Source of the DNA: Escherichia phage vB_EcoM_CRP22
Sequence record: OQ708377.1
Reading direction: 5' to 3' (one strand)
DNA: 64,000 nt
The position numbers were made by a program, and so were the translations under genes. Below the pieces are notes generated by a model. That model ran no database searches. It worked only from the letters and a program-made list of their open reading frames with translations, and was not told the DNA's origin. Below are positions 26,707 to 44,937 of this stretch, in pieces (position 1 is the stretch's first letter; each line of letters starts with the position of its first letter).

Positions 26707-26708
26707 AC

Positions 26709-26947
26709 ATGGGTAACACTCTACAGACACCACTGACTGATGCTGCTGTAGAGGCAACCTATGAAGAAGCAGACGAGATGAAATTTGTGCTTGCTATTTA
26801 TGGTATGGAAGGGTGTAAAGAAACACTTGACCAACTCTTTGCTATGACATTCTCTGATTTATTATCATTGAGACAATTTCTTGAAATTCAGAGGTCGTAT
26901 AAAGAGGAAATTGCTTACAACGAACTTAGAAGAGCAGGAAAAATGTA

Positions 26948-26948
<1 letters not shown>
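26709..26948 (+). CDS. tail assembly chaperone (putative, second)
   Basis: 79-aa ORF directly upstream of tape measure gene. Confidence 0.4.
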
Positions 26949-34964
<8,016 letters not shown>

Positions 34965-34966
34965 TA

Positions 34967-36154
34967 ATGGCAGTAGGTGAAATTCAAATTAGTGCCTTGC
35001 CTCAAGCAGCCTTACCAATTGACCTTAGTGATATCTTCCATCTTAAGCAGGGTATTGAGGATAAGAGGTGTACTCTTGAGCAATTACTTGCTCCACACTC
35101 AAGTCTAAAAAATAACCCTCATGGTGTTACTAAAACACAAATTGGTTTAGATAATGTTATTAATGCTCTTCAATTAGTTGCTGCAAATAACTTATCAGAT
35201 ATTGTTAATGTAGCTGAGGCAAGAGCAAATCTACAGATTATGTCTTCAGAAGAGGTTAATAACCTTGTCCAGCAACATACCAAGGACAAGAGTAACCCAC
35301 ACAATACAACTAAGGCACAGGTTGGTTTAAGTAATGTCCAGAACTGGACAACATCTAATCTGTATAACGAAGATGCAGATAAGTATGCTACAGCAAGAGC
35401 AGTAAATAACTTGTACAAGGCTGTTCAGGCTTCTTATCCAGTAGGTACTATCCATCTTTCTATGAACTCTGCAAACCCTTCTACATACTTAATTTGTGGA
35501 GGTACTTGGGAGTTAGTTTCAAAAGGTAGGGCATTGGTTGGTTATGACTCTGAGACAAGGCCAGCAGGTTCTGTATTTGGTGCTTCAACTGTCACTTTGT
35601 CAGTTAATAACATGCCTCAACACTCACACTCTGTATCTCTTAGTGGTGGTGGTCACACTCATAATGCAACTGTTTCAATTTCAGCTTTTGACTATGGGAC
35701 TAAGACTACCAACTCTTTTGACTATGGGACTAAGACTACTAACACAACTGGTAACCACAACCATGTTGGTAGTGGGTCAACAAGTGCTGCTGGTGCTCAC
35801 AACCACAGATTAACCTATGAAGCGGGTGGTGGTCTATCGGAAAGACCTGCAATGGTCTGGTCTTCAAGGAATGACCAATCGTGGTACTCAGCAGATGTTG
35901 TCTGTGAAGTCGCTGGTGCGCACACCCACTCTTTCAGTGTTACCACCAACACAACTGGTGACCACAACCATACGGTGGGTATTGGTGCTCACAGTCACAC
36001 AGTTGGTATTGGTTCGCATACGCACAATGGTACTGTGACAGTTTCTTCTTCTGAGCATACGCATAGTGGAAACACGAACAGTGTTGGTGGAGGTCAGGCT
36101 GTGAATATTGAGCAGCCATCCTTTGTACTTTATGTATGGCAGAGAACAGCTTAA
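34967..36154 (+). CDS. tail fibre protein with His-rich C-terminal repeats
   Basis: 395 aa; C-terminal HxH motifs ([38 protein letters not shown]) typical of tail fibre tips; contains a 30-bp tandem duplication. Confidence 0.65.
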   Translation: MAVGEIQISALPQAALPIDLSDIFHLKQGIEDKRCTLEQLLAPHSSLKNNPHGVTKTQIGLDNVINALQLVAANNLSDIVNVAEARANLQIMSSEEVNNLVQQHTKDKSNPHNTTKAQVGLSNVQNWTTSNLYNEDADKYATARAVNNLYKAVQASYPVGTIHLSMNSANPSTYLICGGTWELVSKGRALVGYDSETRPAGSVFGASTVTLSVNNMPQHSHSVSLSGGGHTHNATVSISAFDYGTKTTNSFDYGTKTTNTTGNHNHVGSGSTSAAGAHNHRLTYEAGGGLSERPAMVWSSRNDQSWYSADVVCEVAGAHTHSFSVTTNTTGDHNHTVGIGAHSHTVGIGSHTHNGTVTVSSSEHTHSGNTNSVGGGQAVNIEQPSFVLYVWQRTA

Positions 36155-36164
36155 TTTCTTTACA

Positions 36165-36186
36165 GGGGCTTGAAAGCCCCTTTTTA
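36165..36186 (+). terminator. Rho-independent terminator
   Basis: ggggcttgaaagcccc followed by TTTTT. Confidence 0.7.
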
Positions 36187-36200
36187 GAGGAAAATTTATA

Positions 36201-38582
36201 ATGGCAGATTACAAGTTGAGTGAATTAAACTCAATCGACACAATCCGTTCAGATGACCTTCTTCATGTCAGGGTTAAAAAGAGACCTGAAATGCTGGGTG
36301 ATGAAGACCGTCGAATGACCTATCAAGACTTCTTAGCATCTTTTAAACTTGAAAGATTTGTTCAGATTGCTGGTAGCACCATGACGGGCGACTTAGGGAT
36401 TGTTAAGTTACTTTATGGTGGTAAGGCAGTATTTGACCCAACAGGCTCTTCTGAGATTACTATTGGGGATGTTTTAAAGACTTTTAAAATCAACGCAAAT
36501 GGTCTTAAACTAACTATTGCAGACGCTTCAAGGTCGGCAACTGTTTATCATACTCTGAATAAGCCAAGTCCTAATGAGCTTGGGATGAGAACTAATGAAG
36601 AGAATGACGCAAGATACTCAAGATTAACGGCAAATAACATCTTCACCTTCCAGCAAATTATCCAAGCAAATGGTGAAGCTCTTAGGGTAAAAAACTCTTC
36701 TGAGAACTCACCGTTGTATATCAGAGGTCAGGATAGTGCTGGGAATAATAGGTGGTATGTAGGTAATGGCTCAGGGAGTGATGATGTTACTATCTCCAAC
36801 TACAAGACTGGTTCCTATGTTAATCTTGCTAACGATATTGCTATCAATAAAACACTAAAAATCACTGGTCAAGTTCAACCTTCTGATTTCTCTAACTTAG
36901 ATGCTAGATATTTTACTCAGACAGTAGCTAATCAGAGATTTGCACAGTTAGCTGGCAATAATACATTTAGTGGCGTTAATACATTTAACCAAATCTTATC
37001 GATTCAGACGAATAATGCAGCTTTAAGACTGAAAAGCACTGTAGCAAGTGGTGCGCTATACATTAAAGCTGAAACCAATGATGGTGCTGGCAGATGGTAT
37101 GTAGGTAATGGCGATAATACACCTTCTGTATTAATCCACAACTATACGTATGGCTCTAATCTTAGACTTGATAATGGTTATGTTGAAGTTAACAAGCAGC
37201 TTAGGGTTGTTGGTCAAATTCAACCTTCTGATTGGACTAACATTGACTCTAGATATATTCCGGCGGGAACTTTGAGTAATCTTGCTAAGTTAAGTGATGT
37301 AAACACTTTTAGGATGGCACAGATTATTAATCAGAATGGCTCATTGTTACAGCTAAAGAACACTACACAAGACAGAGAGCTATACTTTGCTGGTCATAAT
37401 GCTGATGGTGTTAGAAGGTGGTACATCGGTAATGGGGAACCATCCAATCCAACAAGACTTACTATCCGCAACGACAGAACTGCAACTACGCTTTATATGC
37501 AAGATGATTTCTTGTTGGATAAAAATGTAAGAATCACTGGTCAAGTTCAACCTTCTGATTTCTCTAACTTAGATGCTAGATATTTCGTAAAAACAAAACT
37601 GTTAAGCCAATCTTTAATGACAAGGACAGCTAACAGGCTTGAGAGCGCGTCATCATTTAACAAAGATTATTCGGGATTTGTAAGAAACAACGGTATTGAG
37701 CAGGGTCTGAAAGATTTAGCCATCCATGTAGCACATTCTGCTGGTATTGCTCATGCCAGAGGTATTGCTTTTACATATGGGTCTAAAGGTCTTGATGTCT
37801 TCACATATGCTTATGGGTCAGGTGGAACATATGTTGGAGAGGCACAGTTGTATTCAACGGCATTTAAACCAACCCCTTCAGATATTGGTGCATACACTAA
37901 AACAGAAACTGACCAGAAAATTGCAACAGCAATTAGTGACTCTACAGACCTTAATAAAATCTATCCAGTAGGTATTGTAACGTGGTTTAACAGTAATGTT
38001 AACCCTAATACAGCACTTCCTGGTCTAACTTGGACATACCTAAACAATGGTGTTGGTAGAACTATCAGAATCGCAGCAGCAAACGGTTCAGATGTTGCTA
38101 CAACTGGTGGTTCAGACTCTGTAACGTTAGCTGTTGGTAACTTACCATCACACACTCACAGTTTCTCTGCTACCACTTCATCTTTTGATTATGGTACAAA
38201 GGGAACTAACAGTACTGGTGGACATACTCACTCTGTAAGTGGTACAACAAGTGCTGCTGGTAACCATGCTCACCACTTAGGTCTGCTATTGGTTAATGGT
38301 GGTGATGCTTTGTACGGATATACAACAGTTGGTAACAGTCTCCCTAGAACGCTTGACTGGCTTGAGAGAAGAGATAACAAGTTCCCTAACACTAACACAA
38401 CTGGTAACCATACACACACATGGTCTGGTACTACAAGCGGTGCTGGTGACCATTCCCACTCTGTAGGCATTGGTGCTCACAGCCACACAGTTAGTGGTAA
38501 CACTGGTAGTACAGGTTCTGGTTCAGCATTTAGTGTTACTAACCAGTTCTATAAATTAATGGCTTGGGTGAGAACTGCTTAA
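36201..38582 (+). CDS. long tail fibre protein with internal repeats and His-rich C-terminal module
   Basis: 793 aa; three ~115-aa internal repeats ([18 protein letters not shown]); C-terminal HTHS/HSHS motifs ending ...WVRTA, matching the end of 34967..36154 (...WQRTA). Confidence 0.7.
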   Translation: MADYKLSELNSIDTIRSDDLLHVRVKKRPEMLGDEDRRMTYQDFLASFKLERFVQIAGSTMTGDLGIVKLLYGGKAVFDPTGSSEITIGDVLKTFKINANGLKLTIADASRSATVYHTLNKPSPNELGMRTNEENDARYSRLTANNIFTFQQIIQANGEALRVKNSSENSPLYIRGQDSAGNNRWYVGNGSGSDDVTISNYKTGSYVNLANDIAINKTLKITGQVQPSDFSNLDARYFTQTVANQRFAQLAGNNTFSGVNTFNQILSIQTNNAALRLKSTVASGALYIKAETNDGAGRWYVGNGDNTPSVLIHNYTYGSNLRLDNGYVEVNKQLRVVGQIQPSDWTNIDSRYIPAGTLSNLAKLSDVNTFRMAQIINQNGSLLQLKNTTQDRELYFAGHNADGVRRWYIGNGEPSNPTRLTIRNDRTATTLYMQDDFLLDKNVRITGQVQPSDFSNLDARYFVKTKLLSQSLMTRTANRLESASSFNKDYSGFVRNNGIEQGLKDLAIHVAHSAGIAHARGIAFTYGSKGLDVFTYAYGSGGTYVGEAQLYSTAFKPTPSDIGAYTKTETDQKIATAISDSTDLNKIYPVGIVTWFNSNVNPNTALPGLTWTYLNNGVGRTIRIAAANGSDVATTGGSDSVTLAVGNLPSHTHSFSATTSSFDYGTKGTNSTGGHTHSVSGTTSAAGNHAHHLGLLLVNGGDALYGYTTVGNSLPRTLDWLERRDNKFPNTNTTGNHTHTWSGTTSGAGDHSHSVGIGAHSHTVSGNTGSTGSGSAFSVTNQFYKLMAWVRTA

Positions 38583-38589
38583 TCCCTTA

Positions 38590-38618
38590 TTGACTGATTG
38601 TTAAGATGGTGTTAATAT
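38590..38618 (+). promoter_or_regulatory. sigma70-like promoter
   Basis: TTGACT - 17 nt - TAATAT, followed by inverted repeat aagatggtg ... caccatctt. Confidence 0.5.
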
Positions 38619-38661
38619 TCTTTATGGGTATTCTCACCATCTTGGCTGATGAGGTGATTAA

Positions 38662-38859
38662 ATGCCTACAATCCTAGCAATTCTTCTAAAAAATCTAGGT
38701 AGCTTCTTCTGGAAACTCATTTTATCCCTTCTAAGTGAATACATGATTGAGAAAGTGTTCTTTAGGCTTGCAAGGTATCTTGCAAGTAAAACAGACACAC
38801 CTATTGATGATGAGTTCGTAGATAACTTAGAAAAAGCTTTTAAGGGGGAGAATAAATGA
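38662..38859 (+). CDS. small membrane protein (holin-like candidate)
   Basis: 65 aa with N-terminal hydrophobic segment ILAILLKNLGSFFWKLILSLL and charged C-terminus. Confidence 0.35.
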   Translation: MPTILAILLKNLGSFFWKLILSLLSEYMIEKVFFRLARYLASKTDTPIDDEFVDNLEKAFKGENK

Positions 38860-39227
38860 AGTGGCTAGAGGAAGCTTTTAAAAATAATATTGGTGCAATT
38901 GTAGTTGGTATTTTTAGTGTTATTGGGATGTATACCACCATGCAAGTCTCGGATGGTAAGCAAGAAGTGTCTATCACAACAAAGTTACAGCAGTTAGATA
39001 ATTATTCCAAAAGTAATTATTCAGCTATTCGTGATTTACAGTCTGATGTGAGGCTGCTTCAGCTAGGGATGGAGAACCAGAAAGTCCAGTTAGAGAATGT
39101 TAAGGGTGAGAACGCAAAACTTACTAAGACTCTTGATAAATTCTCTGATAGTGTGAACAATCTGGCTCAATCAGTATCAGCCCTCCAAGCTATTACTGAA
39201 AAGAACACAAAGAATACTGAAAAGTAA
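38856..39227 (+). CDS. membrane-anchored coiled-coil protein (spanin-like or lysis-associated candidate)
   Basis: 123 aa; N-terminal TM IGAIVVGIFSVIGMY followed by heptad-like Q/L-rich region. Confidence 0.35.
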   Translation: MKWLEEAFKNNIGAIVVGIFSVIGMYTTMQVSDGKQEVSITTKLQQLDNYSKSNYSAIRDLQSDVRLLQLGMENQKVQLENVKGENAKLTKTLDKFSDSVNNLAQSVSALQAITEKNTKNTEK

Positions 39228-39234
39228 AGTTTAA

Positions 39235-39262
39235 GGCTCCTTTTTACGGGAGCCTTTTTTGT
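39235..39262 (+). terminator. Rho-independent terminator at convergent gene junction
   Basis: ggctcc-ttttta-cgggagcc followed by TTTTTT; lies between the converging genes ending at 39227 and 39264. Confidence 0.65.
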
Positions 39263-39263
39263 T

Positions 39264-40163
39264 TTATTTACCTACTGACAAAGGTGCTTCAATCTTTCCT
39301 GCATGTTGGTAGTTGTTAATTCCACCAATAAAGTCACTTGCAGTGAGATGTTTTAGGTCACTTAAGGTGTTAAGTGGGATACCAATCTCAAAAGTTGGTG
39401 CGTGGAACTCTTCATTGTTCATCAGTTCATAAACCTGCTTCATATGATTCTGATAAATCTGAGTATCTCCAAAGACACCTATCAAGTACCGTGGAGTGTA
39501 TCCAGTCATCTTACAAAGAACTTCCAGAATAAAACCATAAGATGCAATATTAAACGGAAGTCCTAAAAAGGTGTCTACAGAACGCTGATACCATTGTAAG
39601 TCAACTTCACCCTCGTTAGTAATATAAATCTGAAACAGAACATGACAAGGTGCTAGAGCCATTGAGTTTGCTGCAATATCTGCTGCATTCCAAGCATTAA
39701 CAAGCATATAACGGTCTGTGATATCACCCTTCATCTTCGTTACTAAGGTCTCTAACTGGTCTACAACACAACCATTATGACCTTCAAAGTTTCTCCACTG
39801 AACCCCGTAGATTCTTCCACCTGCATCTTCTAACCAATCTTGTTCAGAAGAGTAATTAGAGCTTAACCAGCGTTTAAAATCATCTGACCAGATAGTCCAG
39901 CGTTCTCCGTCATTTTCACCCCAAGTACGGTAACGGAGTTCACCAAGCTTATTCTCGCCATTTAGGAACCATAAAGCTTCCCCAATAACTTGCCGTGTAA
40001 ACACCTGTTTAGATGTTAAGAGCGGGAAACCAGTTCGCATATCAAAACGAAACTGAGGTGGAGCAAAAGCAGAGATAACATCTCCAGTTCGTGTAGTACG
40101 CAGTTCACCAACGGATAAAACATGGTTCAGGATATTTTTGTAACTTGAATCTGCTTGTGACAT
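39264..40163 (-). CDS. thyA: thymidylate synthase (ThyA-type)
   Basis: 299 aa; RTGTGD, active-site MALAPCH, DLQWYQRSVDTFLGLPFNIASY match E. coli ThyA conserved blocks. Confidence 0.9.
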   Translation of the reverse strand: MSQADSSYKNILNHVLSVGELRTTRTGDVISAFAPPQFRFDMRTGFPLLTSKQVFTRQVIGEALWFLNGENKLGELRYRTWGENDGERWTIWSDDFKRWLSSNYSSEQDWLEDAGGRIYGVQWRNFEGHNGCVVDQLETLVTKMKGDITDRYMLVNAWNAADIAANSMALAPCHVLFQIYITNEGEVDLQWYQRSVDTFLGLPFNIASYGFILEVLCKMTGYTPRYLIGVFGDTQIYQNHMKQVYELMNNEEFHAPTFEIGIPLNTLSDLKHLTASDFIGGINNYQHAGKIEAPLSVGK

Positions 40164-40164
40164 A

Positions 40165-40710
40165 TCAAAAGTGTCCTTTTACTTGTGGAACATAAATTTC
40201 AAAAGTTGCTTTACCATCCTCTGATGGTTTTGACTGTACCTTTGTAAATACACGGTTATCATACAGCTTCTCAAAGAAGTTTTCAAAAGGTAAATGCACA
40301 GTGGCCTCTTCAGTAACTTTATGGAAAACAGTATGGAACACCACACTAGCATATGGTAAAGCATTGACAAGGACACCTGCACCACCAATTACAAAGACAT
40401 CTTCATCAATAGAGCTATCAAGATACTTCAAAAATGCTCCAAATGAATCTTTACTGGCTTTAGCATACATTACATCATCTTTACCAAAGTCTATGCCTAA
40501 ATATGGTACAGAATTTGTTAAGATGAGGTTTGCACGTTCTGGTAAAGGTTTACTACCCAGAGTCTTAAAAGTCTCATTACCCATCACTACTAAGTTATTT
40601 TTAGTGAGTCTCTTAAACTCTTGCATGTCCTGTTTATGTCGAGGCCACGGCATACCAGTTGGAGTACCAAACTCACCATTTTCACCACTTGCAAAGATTA
40701 ATTTAATCAT
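40165..40710 (-). CDS. folA: dihydrofolate reductase
   Basis: 181 aa; N-terminal IKLIFA...GMPW and VVMGNETFKTLG resemble DHFR signature regions; adjacent to thyA. Confidence 0.8.
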   Translation of the reverse strand: MIKLIFASGENGEFGTPTGMPWPRHKQDMQEFKRLTKNNLVVMGNETFKTLGSKPLPERANLILTNSVPYLGIDFGKDDVMYAKASKDSFGAFLKYLDSSIDEDVFVIGGAGVLVNALPYASVVFHTVFHKVTEEATVHLPFENFFEKLYDNRVFTKVQSKPSEDGKATFEIYVPQVKGHF

Positions 40711-40967
40711 TTTGTAAACCCTTTCTTAATGAACCAGTTGATAACATTCTTCACAGCTTTATTGCTATGGTAGATTAAGTGCGGTGTAGGTTGGTATGAA
40801 CCATAAGCCCAGAAAGCAATAATTTCACTACACCCTGTACATCTTGTACTCTCTTCAGCAATATGACCGTTGACTATTTCACTCACCTCACCTTGTAAGT
40901 CTGTACACCCACAATGTGGACAACGAATAGGTGTTCCATCAGACTCATAGCAGTGTTCAATTTTCAT
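40707..40967 (-). CDS. hypothetical zinc-ribbon protein
   Basis: 86 aa with CPHCGC ... CTGC cysteine pairs. Confidence 0.45.
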   Translation of the reverse strand: MKIEHCYESDGTPIRCPHCGCTDLQGEVSEIVNGHIAEESTRCTGCSEIIAFWAYGSYQPTPHLIYHSNKAVKNVINWFIKKGFTK

Positions 40968-41483
40968 TTATTTAACCTCAAAAACTGGCTCAAGAGCCAA
41001 TATAAAGTCTACACAGTCATCTTCTTCATCCAGAATACCATCAAAGTTCTTAGGAACGAAGTCGAAGAGGTTCATAACAAAGCAGTCAGAAGTAACCCTT
41101 ATAGTCCCTCCCATATTCTCTACAGTCAACACTGTACGGCTTTCTTTTACCTCTCTCAGAAGATTGCTCACAAAGTCATCTAGGAAGTACTTCATTAGTG
41201 ACTTAAAACCTTTAGGGTAATCTGTACCAGAGTATGTTTCAATCTGAGGTACAAGCTTAACATTTATACTAGTCTTTGCTAAGAACGTGCTAGAGAACAT
41301 ACTATCAGGTAACTTGCAAACAGTCTTTCCAGTGCCTTCATGTTCAATCTCAACAAAACCAGCTTCATCGCCACACGTAACTATTTTAAAAGATGCTTCA
41401 TTCTCATACTGTGAAGCCATAAACTTTTTAAGCATGACTTTAAGGAAGTCTGCATGAGCATCTTGTAAGTAGATATCAATCAT
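40968..41483 (-). CDS. hypothetical protein
   Basis: 171-aa ORF. Confidence 0.45.
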   Translation of the reverse strand: MIDIYLQDAHADFLKVMLKKFMASQYENEASFKIVTCGDEAGFVEIEHEGTGKTVCKLPDSMFSSTFLAKTSINVKLVPQIETYSGTDYPKGFKSLMKYFLDDFVSNLLREVKESRTVLTVENMGGTIRVTSDCFVMNLFDFVPKNFDGILDEEDDCVDFILALEPVFEVK

Positions 41484-41496
41484 AGTTAATCACCTA

Positions 41497-41856
41497 TTAT
41501 GGGAACAGACACTTAATGTCATCGTTTTTGAAAACGAAACTTGTGTAGTTGTGACCATCAACATCCAGCCAAACAGCCTGAACATCTACACCATCAAGAT
41601 TCTGGTAAAGCTCTTTGATGAAGTGGTCTTTTACAATCTGACTGCTAGTTGTTTCCAGCTTAATGTTAGAGATTGCTGAACCTACAGCCATATAACCCAT
41701 GACACGTTTCTTCTCAGTATGCTTAATCTTACCATCTTTGTAAGCCATAATGAGATTGGAAAGAATCTTCACACCATAATACTTTTCAAGGTGAGTCGGT
41801 ACACCATAAAAACCTAATGCGAAGTTTTCAGAGTGGATAATGTTTTCACGTTTCAT
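41497..41856 (-). CDS. hypothetical protein
   Basis: 119-aa ORF. Confidence 0.45.
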   Translation of the reverse strand: MKRENIIHSENFALGFYGVPTHLEKYYGVKILSNLIMAYKDGKIKHTEKKRVMGYMAVGSAISNIKLETTSSQIVKDHFIKELYQNLDGVDVQAVWLDVDGHNYTSFVFKNDDIKCLFP

Positions 41857-41857
41857 A

Positions 41858-42157
41858 TTAATCTGCCAGCCTTAAATTAAAATTAACACCAAATTTTTCA
41901 CATACTTCCAACATAAACTCAAGAGAGACATTACCAGTGAGATTAATTATGTTGGATACACGAGCCTGAGAGATACCACAAATTTTAGCAACTTGCTCTT
42001 GAGAAAGACCTCTGGATTTAATCTCTCTCTTAAAACGATGTGCAACGAAATCTCTCATTTCGTCTACATCCATTGGACAAATATAACTCTCCATTTCAGC
42101 CTCTCTGTCAGCCTCCCAATCATCTTGTGGAGCATAAGGGTCAAAAACCTCATTCAT
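41858..42157 (-). CDS. helix-turn-helix (XRE-like) DNA-binding protein
   Basis: C-terminal LSQEQVAKICGISQARVSNIIN is an HTH signature; start set to the internal ATG (MNEVFD) which has a GGAAG RBS. Confidence 0.55.
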   Translation of the reverse strand: MNEVFDPYAPQDDWEADREAEMESYICPMDVDEMRDFVAHRFKREIKSRGLSQEQVAKICGISQARVSNIINLTGNVSLEFMLEVCEKFGVNFNLRLAD

Positions 42158-42362
42158 CTTTCTTCTTCCGTTTACGTGAAGTGTCAATCAATGAATCTAT
42201 GTTTGTAGCCCTAACCTTTTCACGTTCATCGTTAAGATAATCGTCAAGAGCCTTTTCAATCTGTGAATCATCTTGGCAGATAACTGTAAAGACTGTAAAG
42301 CCATCTGTATCGTCAATTATCTTACCATAACCGCTTCTGGGATGTAACTTTTTAAGAGCCAT
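42150..42362 (-). CDS. hypothetical protein
   Basis: 70-aa ORF. Confidence 0.3.
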   Translation of the reverse strand: MALKKLHPRSGYGKIIDDTDGFTVFTVICQDDSQIEKALDDYLNDEREKVRATNIDSLIDTSRKRKKKDE

Positions 42363-42363
42363 A

Positions 42364-42747
42364 TCAAATACCTGTGCAGCTTCTGTTTTCTAAGAAATAC
42401 TCAACACCATACATAGCTTTTTGCATCAAGTCTTCTTTAAACTGAATACGATGATTGAGCATAGCCTGTACATCAATATCTTCATGGTGCTTCTCTTTAA
42501 TGTTTGCAGATTGCAGGAAATACTCTGCAAGAACACGATACTGATAGTCAGTTACCTTATCAGTCATCTCTGTCAAAGACTCTTCAGAGATTGGTTTAAG
42601 TAACTCACCATTAGCTAGAGCAACACCTTTAACAATCTGGCAAGTGTCTTCTGGAACACCTGATAAGTCCACATTGGGAAGTTCTGTTGCATTGACTGGT
42701 AAATTCATTGCCATAACCATTGCAGCAGCTAATAAAATCTTTTTCAT
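42364..42747 (-). CDS. secreted/periplasmic hypothetical protein
   Basis: 127 aa; N-terminal signal peptide MKKILLAAAMVMAMNLPVNA. Confidence 0.5.
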   Translation of the reverse strand: MKKILLAAAMVMAMNLPVNATELPNVDLSGVPEDTCQIVKGVALANGELLKPISEESLTEMTDKVTDYQYRVLAEYFLQSANIKEKHHEDIDVQAMLNHRIQFKEDLMQKAMYGVEYFLENRSCTGI

Positions 42748-42860
42748 AATGACCTCAAAGTTATATTAAATTTTGTATTACGATGAGTATAAAAATAAGC
42801 TATAACACCTGACTTGTCAACAGATTTTATAGCTTATTTGGCAGATTTTTTATAAGGCTA

Positions 42861-43140
42861 CTGCCATCCTTCCATACTTTACCGAACATCACCCTACTGA
42901 ACCCGACCCTACCTCACCCGACCCAACCGAACCGTACCGAGCACAGCCTTATTAAAAGACCCTGTTTAAAGACCTTTTAAAAAGGTAAGTCTCATTTTAA
43001 TGTAGCTGAGACTAACTACCCATACTTCACATCACCGCACCATACTACACCTGACACCACCTTACACCACCGCACCATACCTGACCAAGCTACACATCAC
43101 TTAAAAACCCTCTTAGAAGACTCTTAAGTGATGCTGGTGA
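42861..43140. repeat. Strand-asymmetric C/A-rich intergenic tract with short direct repeats
   Basis: Plus strand nearly G-free: acccgaccctacctcacccgacccaaccgaaccgtaccg and caccgcaccatac repeated; minus strand carries GGG-N2-GGG-N7-GGG-N2-GGG. Confidence 0.5.
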
Positions 43141-43197
43141 GTACCCGTTGGTTTATGCTGCTCAGTATACTCACCAAATTTTCTATGTCAACAACTT

Positions 43198-44301
43198 TTA
43201 TTCATAATCTCGTATAACTAGACCAACAGGGAACTGTAAAGACCCCTTACGAGTCATCTTCTGGAACTGTACCGTTAAAGGTTTTCCGATAAACTCTTCA
43301 GGATGCTCAGCAAGATACTGTTTCTTCTCATGAGTGGTTTTCCATGAGACATCCACAAAGACGTTAGGAAGAGTCTCTACAACGAACTTGCCATGACCAC
43401 GCTTATCAGTCTTTACACCAGTCACTTTAAACTCTTCAGTGTGCATCTTCTTGTGCTTAATCAAGAAGTATGAACGGTGACAACACTCATAGAAGGAGTT
43501 TTCAGAGATTGAACGGTACATTGCACCTTCAAACTTAGCTTCAACCCACTTATCATGAGCTTCATCGAACTCTTCCCAAGAATTTACACGACGAGACTTA
43601 ACAGGGACAACTTTACAGCCATCTCTAAAGTCATTCAATGGTGAAGTCTCAATGATATCTCTACGCTCAGGCCACGTCTTAGTACTGTCACAGATATCAT
43701 ACCAGTAAAACTTGAGTAGGTGTCTGTCAGGATTGTCTTCATTTTTAATCATGGAGACGATATCTTCTAAGTCCCACCCATGAGCATAAATCTCTCCATC
43801 AAATTCATCAACATCTTTGTGGAGCCTTAACATTGCCATAATGTCATGTATTAGTTCAGTAGGGATTTTGTAAACAGTATTTTCACGAGAGTATGCTGTG
43901 AATACACTGCCAATACTTAAGTGCCTTGAAATCCTACAACGAACACCATCAAGTTTTGGTTGAGCATCAGCAGGGAATATCAAATACTTTGCATGACTAA
44001 CTTTTGCAGCATCATGAGCAAGCTGTACACCTACCTTTTCAGTGTTCTGTGCAGACTCTTTTGTGTAAGCATAACCTTTACGGTCAACTTGCTTTTTATA
44101 CTTAGCAGCAACTTCAAAGAGAGCTTGCTGTTCAGCATTACGCTCATTCTTTTTACCGATGTTTTTCGGTTCTGCTGTGTACTCTTCAAACATCATCTTG
44201 CCATTTTCTTTACCGTAGGTTGTAATAACTTTGTCACCTACAGCAACGCATGACCAGACGTTAAAAGAGCCATCTTTATTTTGTTTGTATAGAATTGTCA
44301 T
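43198..44301 (-). CDS. ATP-dependent DNA ligase
   Basis: 367 aa; adenylation motif KLDGVR (KxDG) and downstream nucleotidyltransferase-like blocks. Confidence 0.85.
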   Translation of the reverse strand: MTILYKQNKDGSFNVWSCVAVGDKVITTYGKENGKMMFEEYTAEPKNIGKKNERNAEQQALFEVAAKYKKQVDRKGYAYTKESAQNTEKVGVQLAHDAAKVSHAKYLIFPADAQPKLDGVRCRISRHLSIGSVFTAYSRENTVYKIPTELIHDIMAMLRLHKDVDEFDGEIYAHGWDLEDIVSMIKNEDNPDRHLLKFYWYDICDSTKTWPERRDIIETSPLNDFRDGCKVVPVKSRRVNSWEEFDEAHDKWVEAKFEGAMYRSISENSFYECCHRSYFLIKHKKMHTEEFKVTGVKTDKRGHGKFVVETLPNVFVDVSWKTTHEKKQYLAEHPEEFIGKPLTVQFQKMTRKGSLQFPVGLVIRDYE

Positions 44302-44603
44302 TTTCTCTTACCACCAATCTCTACGTCGATAACCTGAACATCACCAGCAACATCGAACTTATGGATGATGCTTTCCACAGTGTAAGTCCAACCATCAATG
44401 CGAACCAACTCACCTTCCCGTGGGACTATTGGATTACGTTGAGCTACGGTTGTAGTGGAGTGAACAACATCATAACAGTAGATATAGTTTACTAGGACTT
44501 CCATCTTGAAAACCTCACTCAATAACAGTAGTGTGTGATTGACCATTTTTGCCATAGCTATAAGATGTTGTTGTTTGAGAGTTTGGACATCTGACCACAA
44601 CAA
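44298..44603 (-). CDS. hypothetical protein
   Basis: 101-aa ORF overlapping ligase start. Confidence 0.4.
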   Translation of the reverse strand: MLWSDVQTLKQQHLIAMAKMVNHTLLLLSEVFKMEVLVNYIYCYDVVHSTTTVAQRNPIVPREGELVRIDGWTYTVESIIHKFDVAGDVQVIDVEIGGKRK

Positions 44604-44751
44604 TATCCCTACTTATAGCATCGCCATGTAACTTGTATACTCTGCAATCTTGCATCTCTGGTGGGAGGCTGTAAGAAGCATTTTTATCTTCATAAGAAGG
44701 GTTGCAGCCAGATAGAAAAATAACACCAAGTGCAATTACTGCTTTCCACAT
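44515..44751 (-). CDS. putative lipoprotein
   Basis: Signal peptide with lipobox (MWKAVIALGVIFLSGC); start trimmed to internal ATG. Confidence 0.4.
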   Translation of the reverse strand: MWKAVIALGVIFLSGCNPSYEDKNASYSLPPEMQDCRVYKLHGDAISRDIVVVRCPNSQTTTSYSYGKNGQSHTTVIE

Positions 44752-44937
44752 AATACCTCTCCTATTACTGTTCACGATGTTCTACTTCTCTGTACGTTCG
44801 TCGATAGTATATAATAAGCTGTGCTAACTCGTTGCTTTTAACATCTGAACGTAGTAGTTGCCAATCAAAACCTTTACCGACTCTTCCATACAAACTAAAT
44901 AATTTTACTTTGCGTTTCATTTTGGTACTCCAAATAC

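Noticed and set aside
35538-36038. Plus-strand alternative-frame ORFs (91 aa and 73 aa) inside the tail fibre gene
   Set aside because: Low-complexity L/T/V-rich translations generated by the His-codon-rich repeat region in another frame; no start context
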